Source: Octopus bimaculoides | Taxonomy: Eukaryota | Direction of reading: 5' to 3' | Length of the DNA stretch: 60,419 nucleotides | Assembly: GCF_001194135.2 (NCBI RefSeq) | Contig: NC_068984.1 | Coordinates: 1,542,711-1,603,129, forward strand | Shown here: positions 11,578 through 23,486 of the stretch, in pieces | Position numbering within the stretch: position 1 is the stretch's first letter | Layout: each line of letters starts with the position of its first letter | Notes under the pieces: generated by a model | Databases searched by the model: none | What the model was told of the DNA's origin: nothing | Seen by the model: the letters and a program-made list of their open reading frames with translations, nothing else | Translations under genes and position numbers: made by a program

Positions 11578-11808
11578 GGCAGCGAGCTGGCAGAATTGTT
11601 AGCATGCCAGGTGAGATGCTTAGCAGTATTTTGTCAGCCATTACATTCTGAGTTCAAATTCCGCTGAGGTCGACTTTGCCTTTCATCCTTTCAGGGGCGA
11701 TTAAATAAGTACCAGTTACACACTGTGGTCGATGTAATCAACTTAATCCCTTTGTCTGTCTTTGTTTGTCCCCTCTATGTTTAGCCCCTTGTGGGCAATA
11801 AAGAAATA
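11578..11808 (+). mobile_element. SINE family A
   Basis: GGCAGCGAGCTGGCAGAATTGTTAGC...GAGTTCAAATTCC (B box)...GTCGACTTTGCCTTTCATCCTTTCAGG...AAGTACCAG. Confidence 0.85.
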
Positions 11809-12037
11809 TATATATATATATAATATATATAGAGAGACTTAGAAATATTAATAACTATATATATATATATATATATATATACATACACACACACACACAC
11901 ACACACACATTTTATACATGTTTATATGTGTGTATTTATAGTGATACATATTATATGTGGTGATTGACGATTTAAAGTCTATTTCTCAGCATATTGGCAG
12001 AGAAATTTTTTCATTTGCCCTTATTTATAATTGTGTG

Positions 12038-12086
<49 letters not shown>

Positions 12087-12112
12087 GTGCACACACATGT
12101 NNNNNNNNNNNN

Positions 12113-12158
<46 letters not shown>

Positions 12159-13104
12159 GTGCACACACATGTATATGTTCAAGGGATTTTTGAAATACTC
12201 TGTAATTAGTGAAGCCTTTAGAAAATAAAACTCTTTAACCAAATTAATTTATATTCATTGAGTTTATTAATTTCTTTCATTCAAGTTATTTCACTTGTCT
12301 TAATTTATTTACTTATTTTTGTTTTCTTCGCATCTATGCAAAGTATTTGCTCTTTTTATGCCTCTCTTCCACTGCTACCTTCCCAACATTCCGTCCCCCA
12401 CCCACCCCTCCTTACTGATGTAATAACCAGTAAGTACTTTTTGTAAGTTGGTAATGTAATAACTAATATCTCGGTAAGTTGGTGATTCATTTGTAACTTA
12501 TTTCCATGAAGACAAACTACACCTTGTTTCGATTTAAGTAAACACCAAACAAAAACAAAAAACATATTTGATGTTTTCTCTTGGTAAACACTGATAGGTC
12601 TACAGCTCGTTTGCAGGGCAAACGAGTGAAATTAATATCGACGCTAAAGCGGGAGAAGAGCTCGAAAGCCAGAGGTCTGCTCATTAAAGGTAACAGTGAA
12701 AATATATCTAACATGAGTAAAACAGCAGCAAGAAGTCTTAGAAGTTCTGCGAGAAGTTGCTAATTATATAGAAGGACCAAAGTTGGTGGAATATGAAATA
12801 TAACACAGGGGAGCTTTTGCTTTCCAAGTTGATGCATTGTTGAAGAATTTGAGATTATTCCAAGATTATAATTAATTTTGATTTGGGGGGAAAAAAAAAC
12901 AATAAAAAACACAGGCACAAGCATAGATGTGTGATTAAGAAGCCTGTTTTGTAACCAAATGGCTTTTGGTTCAGCCCCACTTCACAGCACTTTGGGTTAG
13001 TGGAATCTACTATAGCTCCAGCCCCAAATTGATTAATGCCTTGTGAAAGAATTTGGTAGATGGAAATTATGTGGAAGCCTGCCGTGTGTGTGTGTGTGTG
13101 TATG

Positions 13105-13668
13105 CACTAGCTTCAAAGCTGCCCCATAGGGTGGCGTTTAAGCTAGTATATAGCTTTTAAGCAACTGACTCCGAATGGGAAGATCTGCAAACAGATCTCT
13201 GACTTGTTTTGGAGAATTTGTTTTAATTGCTTCCTCCAGAGTCTCATCCCAACAATGATCATATTCGTCGCAAAAAATCAAGGAAAAAAAAAAAAAAAAA
13301 AATCGCTGAAAACAATTGCAGTAATGAAAACATAGGAATCTAAAATTTCAGGATTGCAGGTTCAGATTCGGCTTGGAACGTTTTTAATTTATTCATGGAG
13401 TTAGCCTTTAGATTATAAAAATTGTTATTGTACAAAAAATTTTGTCACAAAAAGTCACATAAAAAAAAAATCGCCAAAAACAATCACAGTAATGAAAACT
13501 TGGGAATCCAAAATTTCAGGATTGTGGGGCTGGATTCAGCCTGGAATATTTTTACTTTACTGATAGAGTCAGCCTGATTCCAAAATGGCATGATATATTG
13601 GGCTACAGCCTCTAGGAGTAAAGTTGAAAAAGTGTGACACACTGACATTCACATTTATTATAACAGAT
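13105..13668 (+). mobile_element. Possible non-autonomous Helentron/DINE-1-like element with internal ~170-bp tandem duplication
   Basis: 5' hairpin ACTAGCTT...AAGCTAGT. Duplicated block AAAATCGC..AAAACAAT..CAGTAATGAAAAC..GGAATC.AAAATTTCAGGATTG at ~13300 and ~13468. 3' end GTGTGACACACTGAC...TTTATTATAACAGAT, echoed at ~14075-14123. Confidence 0.4.
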
Positions 13669-13711
13669 ATGTTCAATTTGGGGGAGACTTTATTTCAATT
13701 AAAGTGTATTT

Positions 13712-13749
<38 letters not shown>

Positions 13750-14120
13750 TGTGTGTGTATATATCTTTGTATGTATTAAAGAAAACAAAAATGATAGTGT
13801 TCAGTATGTTGGTGACAGGAATTTCTGTCAAACAAACATAGTTAAACAAAGTTGTACATCATCTCCCTCTTTCTCTCTCTCTTATTATTACTCCCACTGC
13901 CACCATCAACACTACTACTTTTAGTAAAACATCATAAACTCTCCCTAAATTACTTTGTCTCTCTCTGTCTGTCTTCGCCACTGCCCTCACCATCTCTATG
14001 ACTACTATTACTCTCACCCCATCATAAGGAATAATAGGAGTGTCCTTGAATAGTGAGGGGGGGAGGGTCTATGTGTGACACACTGACACACAGAAATTAG
14101 TTTTTGTATTTATTATATTA

Positions 14121-14310
14121 GATGGTATCAAAAACTTCTCAGACTAGTTCCGTAGCATGCCAAAAGATGGCAGCACATGGTTGTGTGCACAGTGAGAGCT
14201 AGCAGTGACCTTCATGGGGCAGTGTGCTGAGTGACATCACTGTGTTTATTTTGTAAGATGTGAAATTTGTATCTTTGTGATTACGTGTATGCTGTAGTCT
14301 GTGATTTTGT
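14121..14310 (+). mobile_element. 5' end fragment of mariner family 2 (TIR + leader)
   Basis: Near-identical to the reverse complement of 29640-29830; the ORF track shows the same DKITDYSIHVITKIQISHLTK peptide at both places. Confidence 0.85.
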
Positions 14311-14577
14311 CCCACCTCTCTCTCTCTCTTTCATGACCCGATGACCCGGAAGTTGTTGCTCTTCCATTACTTTCACAAACAGTAACTTTCTTCAGCTGAA
14401 TACAAGTCATTGATTGGTTAAAATTACCCAAATACAACAGCTTTAACATGAAATAACTTCTAAAATACAAAATTTTGTCAAAAACATTAAGAGTAAACCA
14501 TGTTCTACGTGACACATTCAACCAGTAGCCAAAGTTTCAAACTGTTTAGTTAAAAAAAGTCATTTAAAAAACCTGTA

Positions 14578-14718
14578 AAGTGATAGCGTGTTGTCAACTT
14601 AATGGGACAGTCTCATGAAAGGGAAGAATGCTACTCTTACTTAGCCTTGAGCTAAATAACAGTAGTATTCTTCCCTTTTATGGGACTGTCACATTAAGTT
14701 GACAACATACTATCACTT
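14578..14718. repeat. Long hairpin / MITE-like palindrome, 58-bp arms
   Basis: Arms 14578-14635 and 14661-14718 have 6 substitutions and no indels; the loop contains a further TTAGC/GCTAA stem. Confidence 0.9.
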
Positions 14719-14914
14719 GATCGTGCTGCTACTGCATAAATCTCTCTGAGAGATTTAGAAATATATTATTTCTAAAAAATCTGTGACTGAGAGTGAAAAG
14801 AGCCTAAATTTTATAGAATTTGAAGAGAATTTCCAGATGAAGAAGGGGATCTAATTGACTGGCAAAAGACTCATTCTCCAACAGACAACAACCTCTGACC
14901 CACTCACTCTATTG

Positions 14915-15080
14915 TACATCATCATCATCATCGTTTAACGTCCGCTTTCCATGCTAGCATGGGTTGGACGATTTGACTGAGGACTGGTGAAACCAGATGG
15001 CTACACCAGGCTCCAATCTGATTTGGCAGAGTTTCTACAGCTGGATGTCCTTCCTAACGCCAACCACTCAGAGGGTGTAC
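14915..15080 (-). mobile_element. RTE 3' tail with (GAT)n
   Basis: (CAT)nCGTTTAACGTCCGCTTTCCATGCTAGCATGGGTTGGACGATTTGACTGAGGACTGG..., nearly the same as 60180-60419. Confidence 0.85.
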
Positions 15081-15089
15081 CTGCCTGAT

Positions 15090-15272
15090 ATTTAGAGGTC
15101 TTCAACAGTCCAACTACTTAACTAAAGAAATCTGAAATATAAAAGGAACCTCTGCTGAAATATTGAATAAACTCCTAACAATGATTCCAGACCAGAAAAC
15201 CATTCAAGGATTCACTCAGGGAAGATCAGTTGCTACAAACTCAATCACAGATCAACTTCCTGCCATAATGTG
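15090..15272 (+). mobile_element. 3' coding end of a CR1/L2-group LINE
   Basis: AEILNKLLTMIPDQKTIQGFTQGRSVATNSITDQL* matches the LD..L..IPDQP...GY....A.NS..DQ terminus typical of this group. Confidence 0.55.
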
Positions 15273-16066
15273 ACAAGAAAACCCGATAAAAAACAAGTTA
15301 AGGAGGTGTTCCAGTATGGTCGCAGTCCTACAACTGAAAGCATTAAAAGAATGAAGGAATGCTGTCGTCTCTCTCTGTCTATTCCATCATTACAATGTCC
15401 TTTACTCTTCTTCGCTGCTTACATACCACCTCTACACAAACCAAGAGTATGTTACTAACAATGGCGTTTTCTTATCAATCTTAGTTGAAGAAACACAACC
15501 ATGGCAGAAGGGTAAGAACTCAGAAAAGTAAGAACAGAAGCTAAACGATTTTGGCTTTAGTCTAATGCTCTACAATATATGAATCATGTCTACATAGAAG
15601 TAGGAAATGGTAGAATGCATCATCTCCAAAGCCACAAAAGAATATTTATTGTTGTTGCAAGTATTGTTGTGCTGTTAAAAATATCATTTTATATTTCAAG
15701 TTGTATTTGTCTGACAAAAATGAAGTGACCTCCTCCAAGCATCAGATGATGACAACTGAAACGACTGGCCTATATAGAGGGGAGGAGGAAAGAGTTGTGT
15801 GAGACCCTTTCATATTTACATTCCTTTGTCAAATGTAATGCTTATTTATTCAGATTCTTTTCAGTTAATCATGCATTATCTTGCAGCTCTGTGATTACAA
15901 TAACATGACTGTTTATTTATAGAATGACATAACAAGGACAGGCAGGATCTGGCTTGTTTCAACATAAAACAGGTAGAATATTTGGGCAGTTTAAATGCTA
16001 AAGGGTCAAAACCCTGAGGTGTATATATACTGACCAACAACCTCATCTCAGACCAGTTGCAGTGGA

Positions 16067-16386
16067 AATGAGTGAGTGACAGGTTACACTCGGTGCAATG
16101 AGTGAGTGACAGGACAGGTCACTCTCAGAGCAATGAGTGAGTGACAGGTCACACTCAGTGCAATGAGTGAGTAACAGGACAGGTCACACTCAGCGCAATG
16201 AGTGAGTAACAGGACATGTCACACTCAATGCAATGAGTGAGTGACAGGACAGGTCACACTCAGCACAATGAGTGAGTAACAGGACAGGTCACACTCAATG
16301 CAATGAGAGAGTGACAGGACAGGTCACACTCAGTGCAATGAGTGAGCAACAGGTCACTCTCAGAGCAATGATGTGAGTGACAGGTC
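16067..16386. repeat. Minisatellite, ~10 units of 30/35 bp (AATGAGTGAGTGACAGG[ACAGG]TCACACTCAGTGC)
   Basis: Direct tandem units read from the sequence; length variation comes from an optional ACAGG. Confidence 0.95.
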
Positions 16387-16746
16387 AATGACAATTCTGA
16401 CACCAAATAATAACTGGTTAAGTGAGGTCAACAGCTTTTGGGCGTTTTTCAATGACAAATGTCTTCAAAGCTGTAATTGCTATCCTTACATCTCCTTTCA
16501 TTAAACTCCCATTCTGTATACAGATCCCTTAGAGAAGCACAAGGCTCCAATTTCAAATACAATTAATCTTTTATCTTTTACCTGTTTCACTCAGGAGACT
16601 GTGGGCCATGCTGAAGCGCCACCTACTTTAAGAAGCAATCATTTTCTTCAAAGCCTGATTTTATCAGTTTGTTCAGCTTAATTGCTAGGCTAGAGGGATG
16701 TAAACATAGCAACACTAGTTGTCAAGTGGTGGTGGGGGACAAACAG

Positions 16747-16780
<34 letters not shown>

Positions 16781-18701
16781 TTTATGGGCTTCTTTTAGTT
16801 TCTGTCAACTGGATCTATTCACAAGACTTTGGTCGACCTGAGGCTATAGTAGAAGACACTCGTTCCAGGTGCCACGCAGTGGGACTGAACCCGGAACCAT
16901 GTGGTGGGGAAGCAAACTTCTTCAGAGACATTAGAAAAACTTAATGAAATGAAAGAATTACACCTGGGAAGTGAAACTCTGTTGAAGAAGGCATTTGAAC
17001 TTATCTTAGCACTTCAATGGGATTTTCCAATTCCAAGAACTGATTAATTAATCCACTGAAATTAGTTAACTTCTACAGCTACCAGAATTGTGTTTTGTAG
17101 CGTCATAAAAACTGACATCACAAGGAAAGAGTAAGATGTGTGTGGATGGGTGGGAGTGGAGGTAGGTATTTCATTAAATGAGATAAATGGTACAGACGTA
17201 GAGAGGAAGGTCTAGCAGAACCACAATGTAATAGGTTAGTAAACTGATACCAATTGCACGAGTAGCAGTGGCTCTGCTCAGCAAGCTTCAATTACCACAA
17301 ACCATATGTTAGAGAGATAAAGACGGGTTATTCAACAATGTAATGGCTAGATTCAAAGCTAATCCTAATTCTTTGTAGAGTGATCACCATGTGTTTGCCA
17401 AACATTCAGACGCCACATAAGTAGATAAGGTATGAAACTAAAAAGCAATTACAAGTACAAGGTCTTTTAAGAACCAACCAAACTTTAATGAAATCTTCAG
17501 TTCTTCAGACTTTGGTTATTTCAATCAGAAACATTGTTTAGAATTTCTTCCTGAACATGTATTTAAATCATATTTTAAGCAGCGAATATCTTATCAGGGT
17601 TTTTGTGTCATAGTAACAGATGTAGCCAGACAACCATGTCTAAAACAGACACAAAGTGTAGAAAGGAAATAGAGGTTATTGCTGGTGGTGGTGGTGGTGG
17701 TGGTGGTGGTAGTCATAGTAGCAGTAGTAGTAAATGTCTTTTTTTTATTGCTTCGGGGAGGAAGAGCAGGTCGTTTGGCTCTTTCAAGGGCCTCCATAGC
17801 CGATAGGAACAAGAGTCTTTACTCATCCATTCACTGGCTGGAGGAGTTCAGCCAGGCAGCAGAATAACTTGACCCACAAACAAGAAATGGACAGTCTCAT
17901 TGATTAGTTTCACAATGTTCACAAAATCCATGTCTCTTTAAATTCACTCACAAGGCTCATGTCAGCCCAAAGTTACAATAGTCGTTGCTGCTGTATTGTG
18001 GAACTGAACTTGCGAACATGTAATTACAAAAGAAAACTTCTTAACCACATGAAGAAATGCTACACTTTCACCACATATCCACCATCATCATCATCATCAT
18101 CATCGTTTTAACATCCACTTTTCCATGCCTGCATGGGTCGGATGGAATTCACTGTGTCAGATTTTCTATGGCTGGATGTCGTTCCTGTTGCCAATCCTCG
18201 CCTGTTTCCAAACAAGGAAATAATTTCCCATGGCTGCTGGACATAGTTTCAATGGAAGACTAAAAACAAAAAGCATTGCTTGTGTGATGACCGATGGTCA
18301 TTTACACACACACACACACACACACAATGGGCTTCTTTCAGTTTTTGTCCAGCAGATCCACCCATAAGGCTTTGCTCAGTGAGGGGCTGTAATAAAAGAC
18401 ACTTGCCTCAGGTACTGCACAATGGGACTGAACCTCAGACCAATAGGGGTGGGAAGCAAGCTTCTTAACCACAGTCATGCTCCATCCCTGCTGACCTTCG
18501 ACTTCAATCAATTATTTACACTCAACCATTTCTGTAAACGACCCTCAGATGGAAAGTAAAATAACTGGAACATCAGAGTAAAGTAAGGTATGTAGCATAG
18601 AGTGGTCCTGCTTAATAAAAACAGGGAAATTACTGCAGTGGGATTGAACTCACACTCTTGTAATCCAACAGAGAGCTAACCAGTATTCATGTTTCTATAT
18701 A

Positions 18702-19077
18702 GGGGCAGACGTGGCTGTGTGGTAAGAAGCTTGCTTCTCAACTACATGGTTCCAGATTCATTTCACTGTGTGGCACCTTGGGTACATGTCTTCTACTTTA
18801 GCCTTGGGCCTAGATTTGGTAGATGGAAACTGAAAGAAGCCCATCATATGTGTGTGTGTGTGTGTATGTTTGTGTCTGTGTCTCCCACCACTACTTGACA
18901 ATTGGTACTGGTTTGTTTATGTCCCTGTAACTTAGCAGTTTAGCAAAAGAGACTGATAGAATAAGTACCAGGGTCATGAATAAAGTACTGGAGTTGATTT
19001 GTTCAGCAAAAAAACTCTTCAAGGCAGTGCCCCAGCATGACCACAGTCTAACGACTGAAACAAGTGAGAGATAAAAG
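18702..19077 (+). mobile_element. SINE family B, most complete copy
   Basis: tRNA-like head, CORE-like GGCACCTTGGG, (GT)n, and a tail ending CCCCAGCATGACCACAGTCTAACGACTGAAACAAGTGAGAG. Minus-strand copies at ~5195-5310, 16780-16922, 18325-18475, 21578-21705, 22515-22662 and 27985-28085. Confidence 0.85.
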
Positions 19078-19171
19078 CTGTGAGGTCAGAACAAGTGTTG
19101 CACCATGAACTGGAAGTTGAGGGGAGGTCAAGAGAGGGGGGAGACTTATCCAAATTCGTTTGCCTTTGCCT

Positions 19172-19630
19172 ATATCTATCATCATCATCGTTTAACGTCT
19201 GCTTTCCATGCTGGCATGGGTTGGACAGTTTGACTGAGGTCTGGAGAGCCAATGGCTGTACCAGGCTCCAATCTGATCTGGCAATATTTCTACAGCTGGA
19301 AGTCCCTCCTAACGCCAACCACTCCAAAAGTGTAGTGGGTACTTTTTACGTGCCACTGGCACAGGAGCCAGTCAGGGGGCACTGGCATTGGCCACATTTG
19401 GATGGTGCTTTTTATGTACCATCGATACGAGAGCCATGGCATCGGCCACATTTGGAAGGTGCTTTTTACGTGCCACTGGCACGGGAGCCAGTCAGGGGGT
19501 ACTGGCATCGGTCACATTTGGACGGTGCTTTTTACTTGTCACTGGCACAGGAGCCAGTCCTGAGGCACTGGCATTGGCCACATACAGATGGTGCTTTTTA
19601 TGTGCCACTGGCATGGGAGCCAGTTCTATG
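19172..19630 (-). mobile_element. RTE 3' UTR with (GAT)n tail and a 54-66 bp tandem array
   Basis: RTE tail followed by ~5 units of GGTGCTTTTTACGTGCCACTGGCACGGGAGCCAGTCAGGGGG.ACTGGCAT.GGCCACATTTGGA. Confidence 0.85.
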
Positions 19631-22134
19631 TTTTTACGATTTAACCAGGATGGGGGTGGGGTGTGTATGACCTTTTGGGGTCAGTCTTTAGACTGGTGAC
19701 ATTGATGTGGTTGATGTTAATTTAAATATTTTCAGGTTGGTGTCTGTTGGAAAATTGTGAACAGAACAGAAATTGCAAAAAGGGCTTATGTTTATTTCAC
19801 CTCAGTAGAGATATTAATCTTGGTTGATTAATGAGAGAATTAGTCAAGATGATTAATGTGTGACCTGAAGGAGAAGATGGCGTTAGTGACTAGAAAAGGA
19901 AGGATGTATATGTTGTGTAGGCTGAGGTGAAGATGGAGGTGTGTAAGTAGCAAGTTAAGAGGAGCAGAGGCTGTTGTTGTAGCAGTGTATAAAAGAAAAT
20001 GAGGCCACAATGCACGTGTAGAGTGAAGATTGAAGTGAGTTCACTGAGAGATTCAGTGAGTCAGAGGGGTTTCTTTTTTCCCCTTGTGTTTGCAATAGGA
20101 TGTGGTGGGGTGAGGTGTCAACATCAACATCCCAGATATGAGAGTAGTGTTCCATTGTGTGTGTGTGTGTGTGTGTGTAACAGCATCACTGTTCTAGAGG
20201 CAGGAGCAGCACTGAGTGTTCTAAAGAATTGGTTGTTGTTCAAAGCTGATGAATTTTCTGAATGAAGTCAATGGTTAAAGTAAATCTACATAAACTACAC
20301 CTGACAGGTGAGTTAATAAAAGACACCGACAGAGAAACAGCTGTTCAGAAGAACCAAACAGATGTTATATAGTTGCTGCTGCTGCTGCTGCCGATAAACT
20401 ATAACCAATATATTTACTATGATAAGGTAAAGGTACTCCATTATTTAAACAACCCCTTCCAGATATAAATTACACGAATTGCTAACAACATGCTTATTAG
20501 TAATTTAACACCTGTAGATGATGATGATGATGATGAAATCTGAGACACCATCCCAGCCCAGAAAATTGATACACAAGATCTAAAACAAATAAATTGCAGT
20601 AACGATGATTATACTCGTCATTGTACAATTTAAAAGTTGTAAATGCTAGCTCACAGATGTAATTGCACAAAGGTATGTGAACCAAATGCAACAGACTAAG
20701 CACAGTTCTCACCTGTCTATAATTAATATGACAGGTTCAAAGAGTGATAATTAAATTGTATTACGACTACAGTCCAAGGTGTATTTAAAAAACACACACA
20801 AATACTTAATTACTCACATAAATGGCAATAAAGTGTCAAGATGGCAGAATCTTTGGCAGATCAGACAAAATGCTTGGCATCATTTCTTGTTCTTTATGTT
20901 CTGAGTTCAAATTCTACTGAAGTCAGTTTTCTCTTTCATCCCTCCAGGGTCAATTAGAAGAGTACCAGTCAAATACTGGGGTTGATGTAATCAACTTGTC
21001 GTCGTCCTCCTCCTCCTCTCCTCAAAATTGCTAGTCTTCAACCTTGCAATGGACTAGCATCCTGTTCAGGGCAACTGATGTTGGTCACTTATGAGAAACC
21101 AGCTTTACGTGTCCCAAAGATCAAAGAATAAAATTACCCCCCCCTCCTCCAATCAGTTGTTCTCTGTTATTCCATTGGTTCACCAGTCGAGTGTCCAGCA
21201 ACAAGAGATGTGAGGTTACAATTTGATAAATGAGCAGGAAAAGAAAAAAAACTACAGTTGTCACTCATAAGAGTATGATTTGGTAGTATATACATCTGCA
21301 AAATTTCGTCAAAAAATGTGCATTTTTCATAAAGTTACCATTGCCTGCCACCAAGCCCACCATGCGCACTCATCCTACACACCCTATGTTTTATCATTCA
21401 CTTGTTTCAGTCATTAGACTGTGGCCATGCTGGGGCATCACTTTGAAGGATTTCTAGCTGAATCAGTTGACCCCAGTACTTTATATTTTTTTAAGCCTGG
21501 TACTATTGATCTCTTTTGCTGAACAGCTAAGTTACGGGGGAGGTAAACACACCAACATATACACAGATATTATGGAGGATTTCTTTCAGTTTCCGTCTAT
21601 CAAATCCACTCATAAAGCTTTGGTTGGCCTGAGGTTATAGTAGAAAACACTTTCCTAAGTTGCCACACTGTGGGACTGAACCTGGAACCATGTGGTTGGG
21701 GAGCAGAGAGAAATCAACTGAGAGAATGGTGTTTTGCCAGAGATAATTCATTAAATGCTGGTCGTTCAGTTAGTAAGCCAACACAGTGACAATAAGTATT
21801 AGCTATGATACTTTTACCATGTGTAAACTAAGTATATATTGAAATTTGTAGAAACAGCAAACCCATACTTTTTTTTGTGAAAGTTTGTAAAAACCCTGGA
21901 AAAAAAGAAGAAAACAAGGAAAACACAAAATGTACCCATGATACAATGCAAAACAAATTTCCACATTCTAAAGAAATATTTTAAAAACTCAAGAGATTTA
22001 TAATAGAGTAATATTTTGGATTGAGGCCAGTTCTACAGAAAATAATTACACACTGATGCAAAAAAAACTGGTATCCACAGGTATCATGGCATTAAATTCA
22101 CCATAAATATATTCTTCCACTGATGATAATCATC

Positions 22135-22470
22135 ATCATCATCGTTTAACGTCTGTTTTCCATGCTCGCATGGGTTGGATGGTTCGACTGGGGTCTGGGA
22201 AGCCAGGAGGCTGCACCAGGCCCCAATCTGATCTGGCATTGTTTCTACAGCTGGATGCCCTTACTAGAGCCAACCACTCCGAGAGTGTAGTGGGTGCTTT
22301 TTACGTGCCACCAGCATAGGAGCCAGTCAGGCGGGCTTGGCATCGATCATGTTTGGATAGTGCTTTTTACGTGCCACCGGCATGGGGTGGGGCAGTCAGG
22401 GGGTACTGTCATCGGCACGTTCAGATGGTGCATTTTACATGCCACCAGCATGGGAGCCAGTCAGGCTGAC
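22135..22470 (-). mobile_element. RTE 3' UTR/tail
   Basis: Same (CAT)n-CGTTTAACGTC...GTGCTTTTTACGTGCCACC architecture as the other RTE tails. Confidence 0.85.
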
Positions 22471-23243
22471 TTGATAAATAATAATATAAACACACACACA
22501 CACACACACATACAGCAGCAGGTTTCTTTCAGTTTCCATCTACCAAATCTACTCTCAAGGCGTTGGTAAGTCCAGGGCTATAGTAAAAAATACTTGCTCA
22601 AGGCACTGTGCAGTGGGACTGAACCGGAAACCATGTGATTGGGAAGCAGACTTCTTAACCATACAACCCTCTGACTTGAAATAGCAATGTGTTCAATGGA
22701 CGGAGGGAAAATGTGTTCAGCGACCTTAATTAGGCTGTGATCAGATGATTTGGAGGTAGAAAGAGTAGGAGGAGGTTTGGTGTTGGAAGTAGGGGGTGAA
22801 AAAATGGTGGCAGCATTCGGAAAGTCACTCTGCAAGTTAGGAAAGACTATGGTGCTTACCTCAGTAGAATTGGTGTGAAATGTGAGTGTTTGCCAAAAGA
22901 AGTGACATTGAAGTTACTAAAAGTGATGACAACTTAGCGTCGGCTAAGAGGAATGGAGGAATATTTAAGTCCACTTAACTGCAAGTATTTGCTACAAATG
23001 TCAATTTGATAGAGATGAATGGTAAGGAGGGCGGATTCAATGCAAAAACAGCAGACACCATTTTAGAGAAAGTTGAAGAATAGAGTGAAATATAGACAGC
23101 AGATGTGAATAAGTGATAGGTAGAGAAGTGTCTCAGTAAGGAATAGGATGTCTACAGTTTGTCTGTGAAAATGAGATGGCAGTGGGTCAAAGTTCAAAGG
23201 AAACAAAATCGGCCACAAGATTATTTCTTCAGTTCTATATTCA

Positions 23244-23486
23244 AGAGATGAGGAATTATTTACATTATTTACATTTGACAGATATTTGTCCTCATCGTGT
23301 TTGTTGTTAACACAACATTTCGGCTGATATACCCTCCAGCCTTCATCAGGTGTCTTGGGGAAATTTCAAACCTGGGTTCTCGTTCCTAAGGTATTTTTCG
23401 ATGTAATTATTCAGGTGACTACCTGGAATCAAACTCAGAATCTTGGTGTTAGTAGCCCATGCTCTTAACCACTATGCCATATGCCC
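23244..23486 (-). mobile_element. tRNA-headed, hammerhead-carrying SINE-like element (copy 1)
   Basis: Minus strand: GGGCATATGGCATAGTGGTTAAGAGC (A box)...CTACTAA loop...GAGTTTGATTCC (B-box-like), short AAT, linker, hammerhead 23309-23354, terminal GATGAGGA...TCCTCATC inverted repeat. Aligns by eye to 28762-29005. Confidence 0.8.
23309..23354 (-). ncRNA. Minimal type-I hammerhead ribozyme motif (family HH-A)
   Basis: GACAC CUGAUGA A GGCUG GAGGGUAUAU CAGCC GAAAU GUU GUGUU: complete CUGAUGA/GAAA core, extra A after A9, 5-bp stem II, stem I GACAC/GUGUU, stem III AUGU (probably CpG-decayed ACGU). Confidence 0.75.

Noticed and set aside
12581-12870. 60-aa ORF and CpG-containing block as an APEH first exon or transposase
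   Set aside because: No phase-compatible donor on the minus strand and no recognisable motif.
19320-19630. Regularly spaced repeats as a CRISPR-like array
   Set aside because: The units are contiguous degenerate tandem repeats in an RTE 3' UTR, with no unique spacers and no cas genes, in eukaryotic DNA.
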